Source: Antedon mediterranea
Taxonomy: Eukaryota; Animalia; Echinodermata
Length of the DNA stretch: 64,000 nucleotides
Direction of reading: 5' to 3'
Assembly: GCF_964355755.1 (NCBI RefSeq)
Contig: NC_092680.1
Span: 20,841,045 to 20,905,044, forward strand
Shown: positions 11,501-24,147 of the stretch, one piece after another
Layout of the letters: each line of letters opens with the position of its first letter
Position numbering within the stretch: position 1 is the stretch's first letter
Position numbers and translations under genes: made by a program
The notes under the pieces: generated by a model
Told to the model about the DNA's origin: nothing
Databases searched by the model: none
What the model saw: only the letters and a program-made list of their open reading frames with translations

Positions 11501-14500
11501 ACTATTATATAATACCTGTAGATGTATTGTAATTTCTAATATTATTTCATTGATATTGTGTATTGCTTTCTTTTATTTGATTTTTTTTTTGTAGTTGCAT
11601 ATCGTAGATATTTGTGACGCGTTACAAACATTCCTGTTTGGCTTAATAGTTTAATAAAAATATATCTTTCTAAAGCTTCTCAAGGTCCGTGTGACGCGTT
11701 TCCAACCATCCCGTTTGGCACGCTAGATCCAAGTGTAACTGGTACAGTGTATCGGCCTACAACGGTGTCATTTACTTGTGATGATGGCTACTCGTCGTCA
11801 GACAGTTCTATAACCTGCATGGAAGACGGCTCATGGACGTCAGCAGAATGTATAGGTAATAATGGAACGTGTTTAGAATGTGATTGTTTTGATTTAACAT
11901 TAAATTATTAAAATCTTGCACAAAATTAGGGTAGATTTAAGTCATCGTACTTTGATGGATGACTTTAACTAGCTACTCTAGAATATTAGCATATTCTTTG
12001 AAAATCATGAGTAGGCCTACAGTAAAACCAATTTTATTATCATTACATGTAACAATAATATTTCAATTACACGTGCACTCGCACTCATTCTTTGTTGTTT
12101 GCTGTATTTTTTATAAAACGATGTTGTTTCAGATTGTTAGTAATAATGTAGGCCTAACCATGTTCTTAGTTTTAGAATAGAGTGTAAAAAGTCAATTTTT
12201 GTTGTGTAACATATTGTACTGTATGTCTGTCTTTCTGTTGCACTTAGTTAATTGTGATGCGTTGCCTACTATTATGTCTGGTTCCGTTATTACGGGTGGC
12301 GATACTGTATTTAATCCAGGTGAACAACTAAACGTGAGTTGTGACGACGGATACACAGCATCTGTATCCATGATCACATGTTTGAACGACAATTCTTGGA
12401 CGACAGTACAATGTATTGGTATGTTGGAATACTATAAAACTGCTTAAGCCATCTCAAATGGCGTAGACAATACTATCCAGTAAGCTTGGTTCCCACTCGA
12501 GACCAAGTTAGTTCGACAGTTCGAATGATACATCGTCTGTGATTTATCAGATCACGTACGTTGCGCGTACGCCCTTGTGTTGCGTCTCTAGCGATCAGCA
12601 CATGCTGAGATAGTATGAACCTCAATCTATTAATAATATACCCATACATGTATTGTTGCACGTTCCCGATACCATTTTCTGCTTAGTTAGATTAGTACTG
12701 CATGTTGATGTACTGTTCACACTTGTGTTGTCCTGATATTGTGACGTGTGTCTTACTATATTTGTTTTTGTCTGTCTTTCTGTTGCACTTAGTTAATTGT
12801 GATGCGTTGCCTACTATTATGTCTGGTTCTGTTATTACGGGTGGCGATACTGTATTTAATCCGGGTGCTCAACTAAACGTGAGTTGTGACAACGGATACA
12901 CAGCATCTGCATCTATGATCACGTGTTTGAACGACAATTCTTGGACGACAGTACAATGTATTGGTACAGGAGTACATTAAACTGAAACTTCTCTATTCAA
13001 ATAATTTATTAATAATTATTATTATTATTTAAAAAAAATGTATTCTAAATGCAATTGGTCTGTTAATTTATATTTATACTATTGTATGCTGTTTTTTAAA
13101 TTCTATAATCATAATGTTTCTTATACCAACTGAAGTTCTCTCCAAACAATTTGAAAATGTAATAAATGTGGATGGTCGATCGATAACATTTATTTATATT
13201 CAGGTTATCGTGTTTATCAGAGCATAATCATTTATTATTCAATTACTGGTAGTAATTTGGTAACATTGTTGACACTAGACCGTCTCCTAGTTATAGTTGT
13301 GTTCACAAGTATTTTATTATACATTGCAAAGCATTTTATTAGTTAATATTTTCACGATGAGTATTCCTTTTGTAACAGTACAATTATATCTTTATGCATG
13401 TCTTTGTAGAAGATCCACCAACTACAACAGAAAGTACAACTACAGCCATAGATGCCACTACCCAAGCTGTCACCACCGCTCCAGATGTAAGCACTGCTGC
13501 TCCAGATGTAAGCACTGCTTCTCCAGATGTAAGCACTGCTGCTCCAGATGCAAGCACCGGTACTCCTGATGCAAGGACTGTTGCTCCTGATGCAGGAACT
13601 ACTAGTCCTGATGTAGACACAGTTACAACAAAGACTATAACTACGGATTCACCGTCTACTACTGCAGCTGGTAACCAACCAACTGAAGACGCAGATAGTA
13701 CGACAGAAGGCTCAACAACAGTGAAGTCCACAAACGGATCAGAACAAAGTCAGTTTTGCTAATTTCGACAGCATGTCTCATTTATAGAAACAATGCTTGA
13801 CTGTACTTAACCATTTATAGCCTGCTGGTAAAATTTCTAAGCAAACTGGTCACTTAGCAATACTTATATATATTCAACATTTAATACTGAAGAAAGTTTC
13901 CATTATCACATAATTTTACTATGTAATTAGCATACAACTGTCTACACAACACACACAAGAAAGATGTTTAATATTTTTACTCAAATTAATTTAGAAGATT
14001 TTCGTTTTAGTATCGTGCCGCATAAAACAATGTTATAACTAATTGCGTTTTTAAATTTTGTTTTAGCTTCAGATTTGTGTCGAGTCAGCCGAGATCCCAT
14101 AATGCAAAGCTTAGATACTGTAGAATCTGCTAATATTTTAGCACTAAATGTTGGTAACCCGTTAGATTGTGAAGGATATTTGACCGGTATAGAGATCTTC
14201 AGTATAGACACATCAACGGTTACCATCAGTGTACTAAGGGTATTTGATTCAGCTATTTTTCAAAAAAATAATAGGCTTAGAATTTACTAAATACATGGTT
14301 TGTTTTTTAAATGTAGGTATTTAAAACCATACAATAAGCATTTAATTGGTTTATTAGTTTTTAGAAACGAATAATTACCAGCTGATTGGACGATTTGACG
14401 TTATTGGTGTGACATCTGATGTAGTGAAACACTCATTGCTTACGGATGAATATATTCGATTTGAAAGCGGTGATATGATAGCAACGAGCTCCAGAACATC

Positions 14501-16163
14501 TTCACCATTGACTTATTCAACTGATGACGATTCGGTAGATTATATGATATGGAATATCACAGGAAATGACGTCTTTCACACTACAGAAGTTGGAAATGTA
14601 ATCAGGTTGACAAGTACCGACGACAGACCAAAGAGAACTTACTCATGGGCGGTTTTCATTACAGGTAGGTATTTTGGTATAACGCATGCGCAAAACAAAA
14701 CGCAACAATTACTTATGTTTGACTAATCGGAACTAGAGGTTGAATTGAACATTTTGCGCATGCTCATATATTTCTACGCTGAATAACATTTAGACCTGAT
14801 GCTACGAATTTTAGGGTCATGTTTTGAAATTGATGAAGGTCGTACTATAACAACTACTATGTTGTAAAAATATAAATAATTTGATCGATTGTGTGATACC
14901 TTCATGTTCATGTATTCATGCGTATAGGCACGATAATAGAATAGCATAGATTTGCTTTATAATTACAAATTTGTCATGTATCAGCATTGAAATATAATTA
15001 TTTTTAAAATAACATTAAATAATTTTTCTAACAGCTAATCTGACGACATGCAGTAAGCCAGACATCGACAATGCTATGATAACACCAGATATGGAAGTGT
15101 ATCAATATCAGGACACGATTGAAGTTGAATGTAACGATGGCTACACTCCAGATAGCGTGACGTCACTACAATGCCTCGCGAGTGGTTCCTTTGAGAGCTT
15201 TGAATGCACTGGTAAAGTTATTTTTCTTCTTCTGCTTCTTCTCCTCCCCAGTATATGCTTTACTAGTAGACCGTTCTTTCACAGTTCAGTTGAAGCTTTA
15301 AAATGAAAGTGTAACGTATAATTGGAATGCCATTGTTGTTGCAATACGCACATGTCTCATAAATAGATTTTGTCAAAAGCAACAAATAACAACTTTTTTT
15401 GTTTTATTTCAGTAAAAGATCGACACACTTTTTTCATTATATTCGGTAAGATAATAATATTAAGTTCAAATAGAATGTTATTATCAATTTACAATATTCA
15501 AAACTATCACACTAAGGTAAAACTAAAGTACAATTAACCAATTAATAAAAAAAAACACTTTTCCTTGACAATATTTTTTTTTTTTTTTTATCCATATCAG
15601 GTATTGTTTGTGTTGGTGTGTTTGGTCTTCTTACAGTAATTTCTTTAATAATGATGGTATGTGTAAAAGAGAAAGCACCTGTAAGGGCAAAACAAAAGAG
15701 AAGGTAAGAATCGTAGGCTACTCTAAATGTGTTTTTATAATATGTTAAATGTAATGTATCATTGTATTTACTGTGTTAGAGGTACGGTACTTCTAATACT
15801 ACACGACTACCACTGTTTAAAAAAATTGTTTCTTACAGTACATTTGTATCAAATGGTAGCAGTCGATCAGACAATTCGCAGAGAATGCTGATACCGATAG
15901 AATACGACAACGCGCGAGGTAAAGGAGTTGCTGTCAGTAATCCAATACCAATAGCTGATGAAAATCCCGCGCAATTAAACGATCTTCAGTATCCACCGAT
16001 CGACTATCCTTTGGATGACGTAAACGAGGCCATCCAGGCGATCGATGAAGCAGTGCTGGGGTTTGACGTTGATAACTTTTCCCTCGCTGAATCTGGCCCA
16101 ATGGATAACAGGTCTGGAGGGGACTCGACTAGGCATCACGTCACATTTTCAGATAGGAGATGA
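5579..16163 (+). CDS. Gene A: type I membrane protein SP-SRCR-WSC-CUB-CUB-3xCCP(sushi)-mucin-unknown domain-CCP-TM-tail (~1095 aa)
   Basis: Exons: 5579-5657 (signal peptide MGYCRLIGNTAVLLQIICYTINAQ); 8424-8561 and 8891-9052 (6-Cys SRCR, VRLQGGSNIFEGRIEI..VC..DADVVCQQL); 9500-9784 (WSC); 9953-10285 and 10894-11205 (CUB); 11676-11855, 12248-12418, 12793-12963 (CCP); 13410-13748 (T/S/P-rich); 14067-14239 and 14358-14664 (unknown domain); 15035-15211 (CCP); 15413-15445; 15601-15703 (TM); 15839-16163 (tail). All are GT-AG and phase-compatible, totalling 3288 nt. Confidence 0.88.
8175..8323 (+). mobile_element. MITE family copy (AAGCTCTGTCTACACT TIR)
   Basis: Has the left TIR aagctctgtctacacta and the shared internal sequence; the right TIR is partly deleted. 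Confidence 0.8.
8725..8871 (+). mobile_element. Short retro-insertion (Penelope-like 3' fragment) carrying a minimal hammerhead ribozyme motif
   Basis: Flanked by the 11-bp direct repeat tatacttaatt (8714-8724, 8872-8882). Contains CTGAAGA (8737-8743), an atcaa/ttgat stem and GAAACGTC (8763-8770). Confidence 0.65.
10609..10850 (+). mobile_element. tRNA-derived SINE
   Basis: A-box-like gtggcttggtgg, B-box gggttcaagtccc and an A-rich tail. The 3' sequence atcagcaattgctggatggatcaccctca recurs at ~35637-35690. Confidence 0.7.
12481..12610. mobile_element. Degenerate MITE-like element between the duplicated CCP exons
   Basis: The start taagcttggttcccac and the end gttgcgcgtacg..cttgtgttgcg resemble (direct and inverted) the element at ~48061-48230 (taagttgggttcccgttagtacgcaacacaag). 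Confidence 0.45.
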
Positions 16164-18243
16164 GATGAATTTTAATTAAATTATTATAACATGTATAAAG
16201 ATTGTTTTAAAACACATTAGAAAGCTTTTGATTTGTGATGACGTAGAACGCAAGAACTGCAGTTAAATCATTGTGCGCATGTGCAGATTCTATAGAATCT
16301 ATTTTACTAATTACAAAATGTGGGTAGGTCATATGTCGATAGCTTTCTATTAACTGTGTCATTTGTATACCCATCGACTAATTAAGAAAGTAAATTTTAT
16401 CAAACAATATTACATTATTGTAATGAATAATTATTTTGGTATAATAAAAGAATACAAATTTTAAAAAGCTTTATTTGTATTACAATAACGCATTTTTAGG
16501 AAATGTAGTAATTATTGTATTATAATGAAAACATAGACTTATAAGATTAAACTAAGACTTAAAGAAAAATAGGTAGTTAGACAAGTTTGGCCTACGTAGG
16601 CCTACTGTTATCTATTAAACTTTCCTATGAGGTAAACTCTAAATAATAAAATTCAAAATCAATTTAATTGCTATGTTTTGTATACTCAGAATAGATCAAA
16701 AGTACTAACAACAACGTTTCGCAAACATTCAGTTTCATTGTACTGGATAAACAAAAAAGAAAATTTCTCCTTTAAAATATTAGAATCCAAATAAAATATT
16801 TTTAGATTGCCTTAAGTAGTAAGTAAATTATCAAATAAACAAGGAACTTTGAATCATACATTCTCGTTCTAGCCATGAATATTGACCTACTTATAATAAA
16901 TTAATGGCATACAATGTTGTGTATTATATATTAATTAATATTTAATCAGAATTGTGTATCTTATTTAACAATGTACGTGTTGTATTGGAATGCAAAGGTC
17001 CATTTGATACAGCTGATAATAAGACATATACCGATGATGACACACAATACATAATATAAATTATACCGTATTTGGTATGTAGGCCCTAACTAGTAATTCC
17101 AAGGCACCAATGTCTTCCCTTTCTATATAAGTGATACGTGTCTTGTCTGATATAGGCCTACTGATAAACAACATTTTATTTAATATACTGGTGACTATAA
17201 TAATAACATAACATAATTCTATAGGCCTATATCACTATATTATACTACAGGAAAAATCTGTAAAATTGTCTAAACATCAATAATAGGCCTATTTGTTTGA
17301 GTTATATTTTAACTTTTGTTTGTTTCTTTATTTCCATTCACAAAAAAAAAAAAAATGTTAAGACATATTTTTTAACTTTTACATTTTACACAACGACGTT
17401 ATTTTAGTGCTGCGTTATAAATCTCAACCTGGGGTTTTGTAAATAGTAATAGTTGGTATATAATAGTATGTTTAATCTTATAACCAGTATTTAGATTGAC
17501 TTTAATAAAGGAATTGTATTTTTTCATTTTCTTGTTTCTCTTTTAATGCTCTTTGTTTTTTTGGGATGAAGGTAAAATGAATATGATAATAAAATGATAA
17601 AAATTATATATTTAGGCCAACCTTTTCAAACAAAAAACATTAAAAAAAACCACACAATAAAATTATATATGAGCAACAATGACTGGATCTAAATGGAGAT
17701 AAAGAAAAGAAAAAAAAAGAAGTAAAACAGTCAGAAAGAGTGAGAGAGATTATAATGTGTGAAAAACATAGCTGATTGGCCAGACGAAACTGTTTGGACA
17801 TATACGTTATTTTCACTGGTTTATACCTGAATGAATTTTTATCGCAGAAATTATATTATGTGGGAAATTTGTATGGATAACTATAACTTTGATACACCGT
17901 TCATACGTTTCCATAGATAGTATGCAGATGAGGCGGAATTTCCATTTATATAGCCGCCCTCTGGAATTTATATCTTAACCAAGTTTCGAATTTGCACCTA
18001 ATTGAACTTTATTGTCAAATTCTTTTGAATAACTGTAATCCACAAACAAAACCTCTCCTACCTGAAGTATTTACAAAAACCCATTGTACCGTGGTTTGAA
18101 GTTTACACAAATAACCCCATTCAAGCTATTACAAATAAATATTGATTGTTGTTAAAGTTGAAACCTACATGTATCGCCATATTGGGTCTTACCAAGAACA
18201 GCTTGTAAACGTAATTTTAACGTGAAAGTACGTGTACCTCGTG

Positions 18244-21200
18244 ATGCATACTCTACTAGTTATAACCACTGCCTTATTCTGTGTTCATTCTGGTGCAGCA
18301 AATATAATAACGAATTATGGAGGTTGGTGTCTTGAAGTTGTTTTTAGGAAGAAATAGTTAGTACTATACTAGTACACCTACATTATACTGTTTGTTTTAC
18401 ACTACAATAGGCCTACTGTAACTACATTCGGTAGTTACAGAATAGCAAAAGCTTAACTTGAATTTTAAATTAGTTTTAGCTTTATAACATGTAGTAAAGA
18501 CGTAGTACAAGAATAGGCCTACTGGTTCAACCAGTACACTTTGACTGCCAAACACGAAGATCTTCGTGTTTGGAAACACAACGCTTGACTGCCAAACAAA
18601 AATTAAACTGAGTGTTTGTTTTTAGTTGGTATTGGTATTAAACTGAAATACAACATAAAATTATGACGTGATTACAGGGCTGTCTATTTTTATAAATTGT
18701 AATCACCAGGTTTCTAACGCCACAACCGCGGCACAGTATGTCTGTCAGTATATAACATGAGGTATTCAATAACAAGTTTGGATTATATTGTGTTATTCCT
18801 ATAACTTGTCAAGAAAATAAAAATGTCAGAAATTCAGAAAACTATACTGGTAAAAAGGATGTTAGTTTTTAAGGATGCTTTAAAAGCATCCTTAAAATTG
18901 GCAACTTAACTTTACCGCATTATTGGTAATATTTTTAAAATAAATTGAAATATTAATATGTATTGTCTCTTATGAACAGAGGGGGATATACGATTAGCTG
19001 ACGGTCCGAATCCGTTTCAAGGGCGTCTTGAGATATATCATGACGAATCATGGGGAACGGTTTGTTCAGATGGTTGGAACGAAAATAACGCACAAGTGGT
19101 ATGCAGGCAGTTAGGTAATAAAATGACTCACATTGCTATTTTGAATTTTGCATTTTATAATGATAGCAAATCATTCTTGGTAGTTTCTATGATTTAAAAT
19201 CTGTCTTTCGAGACTTCATTATGTTTGGCAGACTTTTTATTTTTTCCAACAACATTTGAAAGTTTTCAAAACATAATAGAAAATGTTTAAATGATAAATA
19301 AGGTAAATAATACAGACTAATTTTTTAGGAATAAAAAAAGAAAACTATTAGAAATGGTAACTCTTATTAAAGAAATTATTTTAGTATAAGAATAATCATG
19401 ATCCACACTCATATCTACTGAAGCTCTGTCTACACTATCGAACTAGTTTGATGTACCCAAATATGTCAGTGACATGCCTAAATATGGTAGTGACATGCCT
19501 AAATATGTTATTGACATGCCTAAATATGGTAGTGATATGACATCGTCATGTCTATATATGGGTACATCACAATTTGTGTCACATAAACTTGATAGTTTAG
19601 ACATAGCTTAAAAAGTATTTTGACCAAAGCGTGAATGCTTTGGCAATTCTTAAATAATTAGTATAATTATTGGCTTAATTTCTATATATATTTTTTCAGG
19701 ATTTCTAGGTGGAGTTCTTCTAGATAACGTTGTTAACAAATATCCCGTCCCTTCAAACATTAGTATACACTTATCGAATGTGGTATGTGATGGGTTAGAA
19801 CCCGCATTGACTGAATGTCAATATAACGGCTGGAGTGTGAATGGGTGTAACCACGAACAAGATGTGAACGTTTACTGTAAAGGTAACGTATTCTCCCCCT
19901 TCAGAAATAGTATGAAATTCTTCATTGGTAAACTGTGATGAAAAATGTTTAGCTTTAAATGTTTTATTTTTAATGGGTTGGTTTTTAATTATCTTTTAAA
20001 AACCAATTATTATTGATTTTCTTGTACGCTAAACTTAGTTATGGTTTTTATTTATTTACTTTTTTGCAATAAAACTACAGTTTTCTAAAAGAATAAAAAA
20101 AAATATAATACTAGCGACGGAATTTATTTAAACGAACATGATACGTGTTTTCTTCTTTCTTTCTTTCCTCTATGATGAAAACAGAATATGAACAAAAAAA
20201 CATAACACATCTACTATTCTTTCCACATTAGCATCATAATGGAAGCCTACACAGATGAAATGGAATAGTTAAAATATGAGTCTACAATGAAACTTTTTAT
20301 TACAATCTTTATATAACATGATATACAATTTGTATTAAGCTCTGTCTACACTATCAAACTTGTATATGTGCCCATATGGACACGATGATGTCTACCATAT
20401 TTGAACATTTTTTCAAACTAGTGTGATAGTGTGTGTAGACAGAGCTTTAGACAGTAAGATAAGAAAAGGTACCAAACGATAGTAACTTAGTTTGACATTT
20501 TTAGTCCACAGTTACAGAGGTTGTTTTGTCAGTGAATTTCCAAACTACGCGTTGACTGGTAAAGAGGTTGGAATGACCGATCCATTGAAATTAGAAAGGT
20601 GTATGGAATTGTGTGATGGTTATGACTTCATGGGTGTGGAAGGAGGTGATTCATGTTTTTGTGGAAATGTTGCGGATGATTACACAAGGTATGGAGAAGT
20701 GGTCGCGAGTGAATGCACCCTACCGTGTGAGGGCGATAGTAAGCAGTTCTGTGGAGGAATAAGTCGTATAGCGATTTATGAGCGTAAGTGTCATGAGTTA
20801 CCACTCGTATCCCTTCTAACAATTGAAATAAATTGTTTGAAAAATGAAAGAAAGACAACTAAATATTAGTTTTATTTAGATTAACGGTAAATAAACAGTA
20901 AACGCAGCAATAGAAAGGAAAACTCAAAGGAAAAACAATTAAATCACCTAATACATTTGAGAATGTCCCCTTAAATGTCGTTTGACACTGTACCATAACA
21001 CACGGTAAATAAGATAAAATGAACCGCCATTTTATTTATCGAAACCTGATCAATAATATCTTTTTGTTGGCTGCTACTCATTTTCCCGCCATTGCATTTA
21101 TCGAAACTTGATCAATAATATCTTTTTGTAGGCTGCTACTCATTTTCCCGCCATTTTATTTATTGAAACTTGATCAATAATATCTTTTTGTAGGCTGCTA

Positions 21201-23913
21201 CTCATTTTCCCGCCATTTATTTATCGAAACTTGATCAATAATATCTTTTTGTAGGCTGCTACTCATTTTCCGTTTTATAATGTTTGGAGAATTTTAATAC
21301 TTATTCTTTCTGTTTGTAATTTTCACTATTTTGATTTTAAAAAGTGAATACATATATGCTTTATCTTATTTGAATTAAAGTAATAAATTAAGTAATAATT
21401 ACATATCTTACATTTTAGGCAATTGTTTACCAACAAGTGCTTCCAGTGGTGTATTACTTTCACCTAATTTTCCTGGGCAATACAGTATGGATGACCAATG
21501 TGAGCAGCAGATAAATTTATCCATGAATGCCAAAACGCATGTGACCTTTCACCTTTTTGCGCTCACGGGTGATGACGCGTTAACACTTTCTGACGAGTTA
21601 GGAGATATAGTAACGTATACTGCGTCAAACCCACCCCTAATGCGAAGCGTTATTGAAATAGACACGCTAAATGTTGAATTTGTTTCTTCATCAACGTCAA
21701 GTGGTGGAGATGGTTATGTCATAACATACAGTGGTAAAGTATTATCGTCCTGAATCTTGATTCTCATTTAGGCCGCAACGCAAGGACTCATTCGCAACGT
21801 CCGGTCGTTTATGATTCGGGCAATTTCATGCCTTGTGCCAACATTATTTTGTCAAAGCTTTGTCTACACTATCAAACTAGTTTGACAAACAAAAGTGTGA
21901 GGTGGCCAAATATGGAAGTGATATGACATCAAATTTTTGTGGCACATGAAGTTTGATAGTGTAGACAGAGCTTTAGTCACCATTTTAATGAAAGTATGGA
22001 TGCCTATAATGTTCATTAAAAAAAAAAAGATATATCCTATCGTTTTCAAACTGAATATCTATTTTGAATAATATAAACAAACATCATACATTTGTTTGTT
22101 CATAAATATTTATTTGTATGTATACAGGTGTTTTAAAGTGTCCGAGTTCTATAAAATTTGCAAACGGTTCTCTACTGATGGAAGACTTACAGTTTTATTA
22201 TGAAGGCGATACGGCACTTGTTATGTGTGACGATGGCTTTGTCCCTCTTCAAGAAGACTTAGTCTGTACTGAAGATGGCGAGTGGTTTCCAGTTCCTTCT
22301 TGTGTAGAAGGTAAACATACACTATAATTAATTAATAATTAATAACTTATAGCCTCATTTTTTAAATCACAACAAAGGGTGCAGGTTTAGGGTATCAGTA
22401 TCACGTTGAAGACGTTGCTTCTAACCTATAACAGCTACTGTAGTTACTCCGCCCGAATGCTCGGAGATATTACGAGGGCAATCGAATGTGTTTATTTTTA
22501 TTCTAACAGATGGTTTTACTGTCTCTTATAATTTATTTATTTATTTTTGTTTATTTGTTGTTTTACTTTATATTTAGTTACGTAAGGATCCCAGTTAGAC
22601 ATGGTTTTCTTCTGCTCCTATTCATCATGTGCTTGTATTATTTGTTTACCTATAATTTTAGTTTTACTTTTATATTATATTCCTTACTTCTTGATGAATT
22701 ATGCTATTTTGTGTTTTCAGTAGCAAATAAGTTATTAAATGTCATATCTGGATTAAGTACCTGTTATACTCAAAATATATTTACTTCCCGTATCGCTTAA
22801 TAAAAACCCTATCAAAAATGTTGGCAAATTAACTACCCTATATTATATTCATTTGCCTAAGGAGCATTATTCTTATCCATTTACCTTGCTATGGTCACGT
22901 ACTATTTTAATGATATCTTTTGATTAAAACTTTCGTAATCAATGTTAATAAATGATTACAATTATTAATTTCAGTAATTCCAGGAGATCTTCCAGATGAA
23001 CCAGACAACGGTAGTGGAAACTTTGAACCAATTCTTCTAATGTGTAAGTTAATGATACGGTTATGATGTTACTGATTATGATTTCACTGATTATGATGTC
23101 ACTGATTATGATAGGGTGGTATTAAGATTAACAACCATGTATTTTGAAAATAAATATGATGAAGATGATGATTATAATGATGATGACGGTTATGGTGATA
23201 GTAGTGTTTGTGGAATGATAGCTTACTGTAGGAAGATGAACCAGAAAATAATGGTAGGTGGTTATGATGATAATGACGTCATATCCTTCAATAACGCCAA
23301 AGATGACCCAGATATAGTTTAAAATATACTTTATATACATTTTAGATAACAAGTTTTGATAGAAAGTTGGAGTGTCTTGGCTGACAAATTCTATTTTTAA
23401 TGTTGTTTTGTTGTTAGGTGTTGTATTAGTGGCCATCCTTGGAATTGCATTTTTTATGGTGTTTATGGGAGTCATATGTTCAGGGAAAAGACAATCCAGG
23501 TATCAAAATAAGTATTAATAATGATAACTATTAATTACATTGTATGTTGACGATAATGGTGAAAACAATTACACCAGTGAAGGCGTAATAGTTAAATAAA
23601 AGCTATCGATAGTATTGGTGGTTAATGTGAAACTGTTAACCATGATTTTATATTAGAATAGGAATGGGCTAGGTTTATTGAATAATCTAGAAACACATTA
23701 CTAACTTGTACTGATTTTTCCCCAAACCATAGTGACAAAACACCACTCGAAAATGTTGATACGCCATCTGGATCCGACAACAGTGATTCGTTAGTGGACC
23801 GGGATATGTTTGATGGTACCCAAGGCAACGATAATCCACAGGTTGAAATAGAAGATGATGACGCTGTAAGCACAACTGAAGAAGAAGGACAATATTTATC
23901 AAATATCTATTAA
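18244..23913 (+). CDS. Gene B: type I membrane protein SP-SRCR-WSC-CUB-CCP-TM-acidic tail (~501 aa)
   Basis: Exons: 18244-18322 ([19 protein letters not shown]); 18980-19114 and 19700-19882 ([30 protein letters not shown]); 20505-20783 (WSC); 21419-21733 ([11 protein letters not shown]); 22128-22310 (CCP); 22975-23043; 23418-23499 (TM); 23733-23913 (tail ending [11 protein letters not shown]). Phases are consistent, totalling 1506 nt. Confidence 0.88.
19421..19609 (+). mobile_element. MITE family copy with expanded internal 21-bp repeat
   Basis: TIR aagctctgtctacactatc; about 4 internal (cctaaatatggtagtgacatg) units. Confidence 0.85.
20337..20447 (-). mobile_element. MITE family copy (reverse orientation)
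   Basis: TIRs aagctctgtctacac / gtgtagacagagctt; the internal sequence is inverted relative to the other copies. Confidence 0.8.
21024..21272. repeat. 62-bp tandem repeat x4 (intron of gene B)
   Basis: The unit starts ccgccatt at 21024, 21086, 21148 and 21210. Confidence 0.92.
21855..21973 (+). mobile_element. MITE family copy
   Basis: TIRs aagctttgtctacactatcaaact / agtttgatagtgtagacagagctt. Confidence 0.85.
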
Positions 23914-24010
23914 AAATTAACTTAGGGCCTACATGTTTTTTGTAAACTTAAAAGTTTGAATTACACAATGCATGTGTGTCTCTGAACTGTACACTGTCTT
24001 CTTCAGGTCA

Positions 24011-24147
24011 AACTTTGTCTACACTATCAAACTAGTTTAACAAAAAAAGTGTGATGTGCCCAAATATGGTAACGATATGCTTTAAATATGGTAGTGATAT
24101 AACATCATCATGTCCATGAGCACATCATATTTTTTTTGACAGAGCTT
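24011..24147 (+). mobile_element. MITE family copy (3' region of gene B)
   Basis: tgtctacactatcaaactagttt...gacagagctt with the shared internal repeat. Confidence 0.8.

Noticed and set aside
10470-13220. ~110-bp similarity between two introns of gene A (10470-10580 vs 13112-13218)
   Set aside because: Real, but cannot be distinguished from an ordinary interspersed repeat fragment.
13297-13731. Alternative-frame ORFs (Cys/His repeat CSRCKHC; antisense VLTSGAA repeat)
   Set aside because: Shadow frames of the 21-bp coding repeat in the mucin exon.
17770-17795. Second hammerhead-like string ctgattgg...cgaaac
   Set aside because: The core deviates from CUGANGA and the stems are not convincing.
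18867-18897. 31-bp near-perfect palindrome in intron 1 of gene B
   Set aside because: Isolated and AT-rich, with no second copy or functional context.
23060-23330. Asp-rich ORF 23116-23322 and antisense hydrophobic ORF
   Set aside because: Decayed (GAT)n microsatellite within an intron of gene B.
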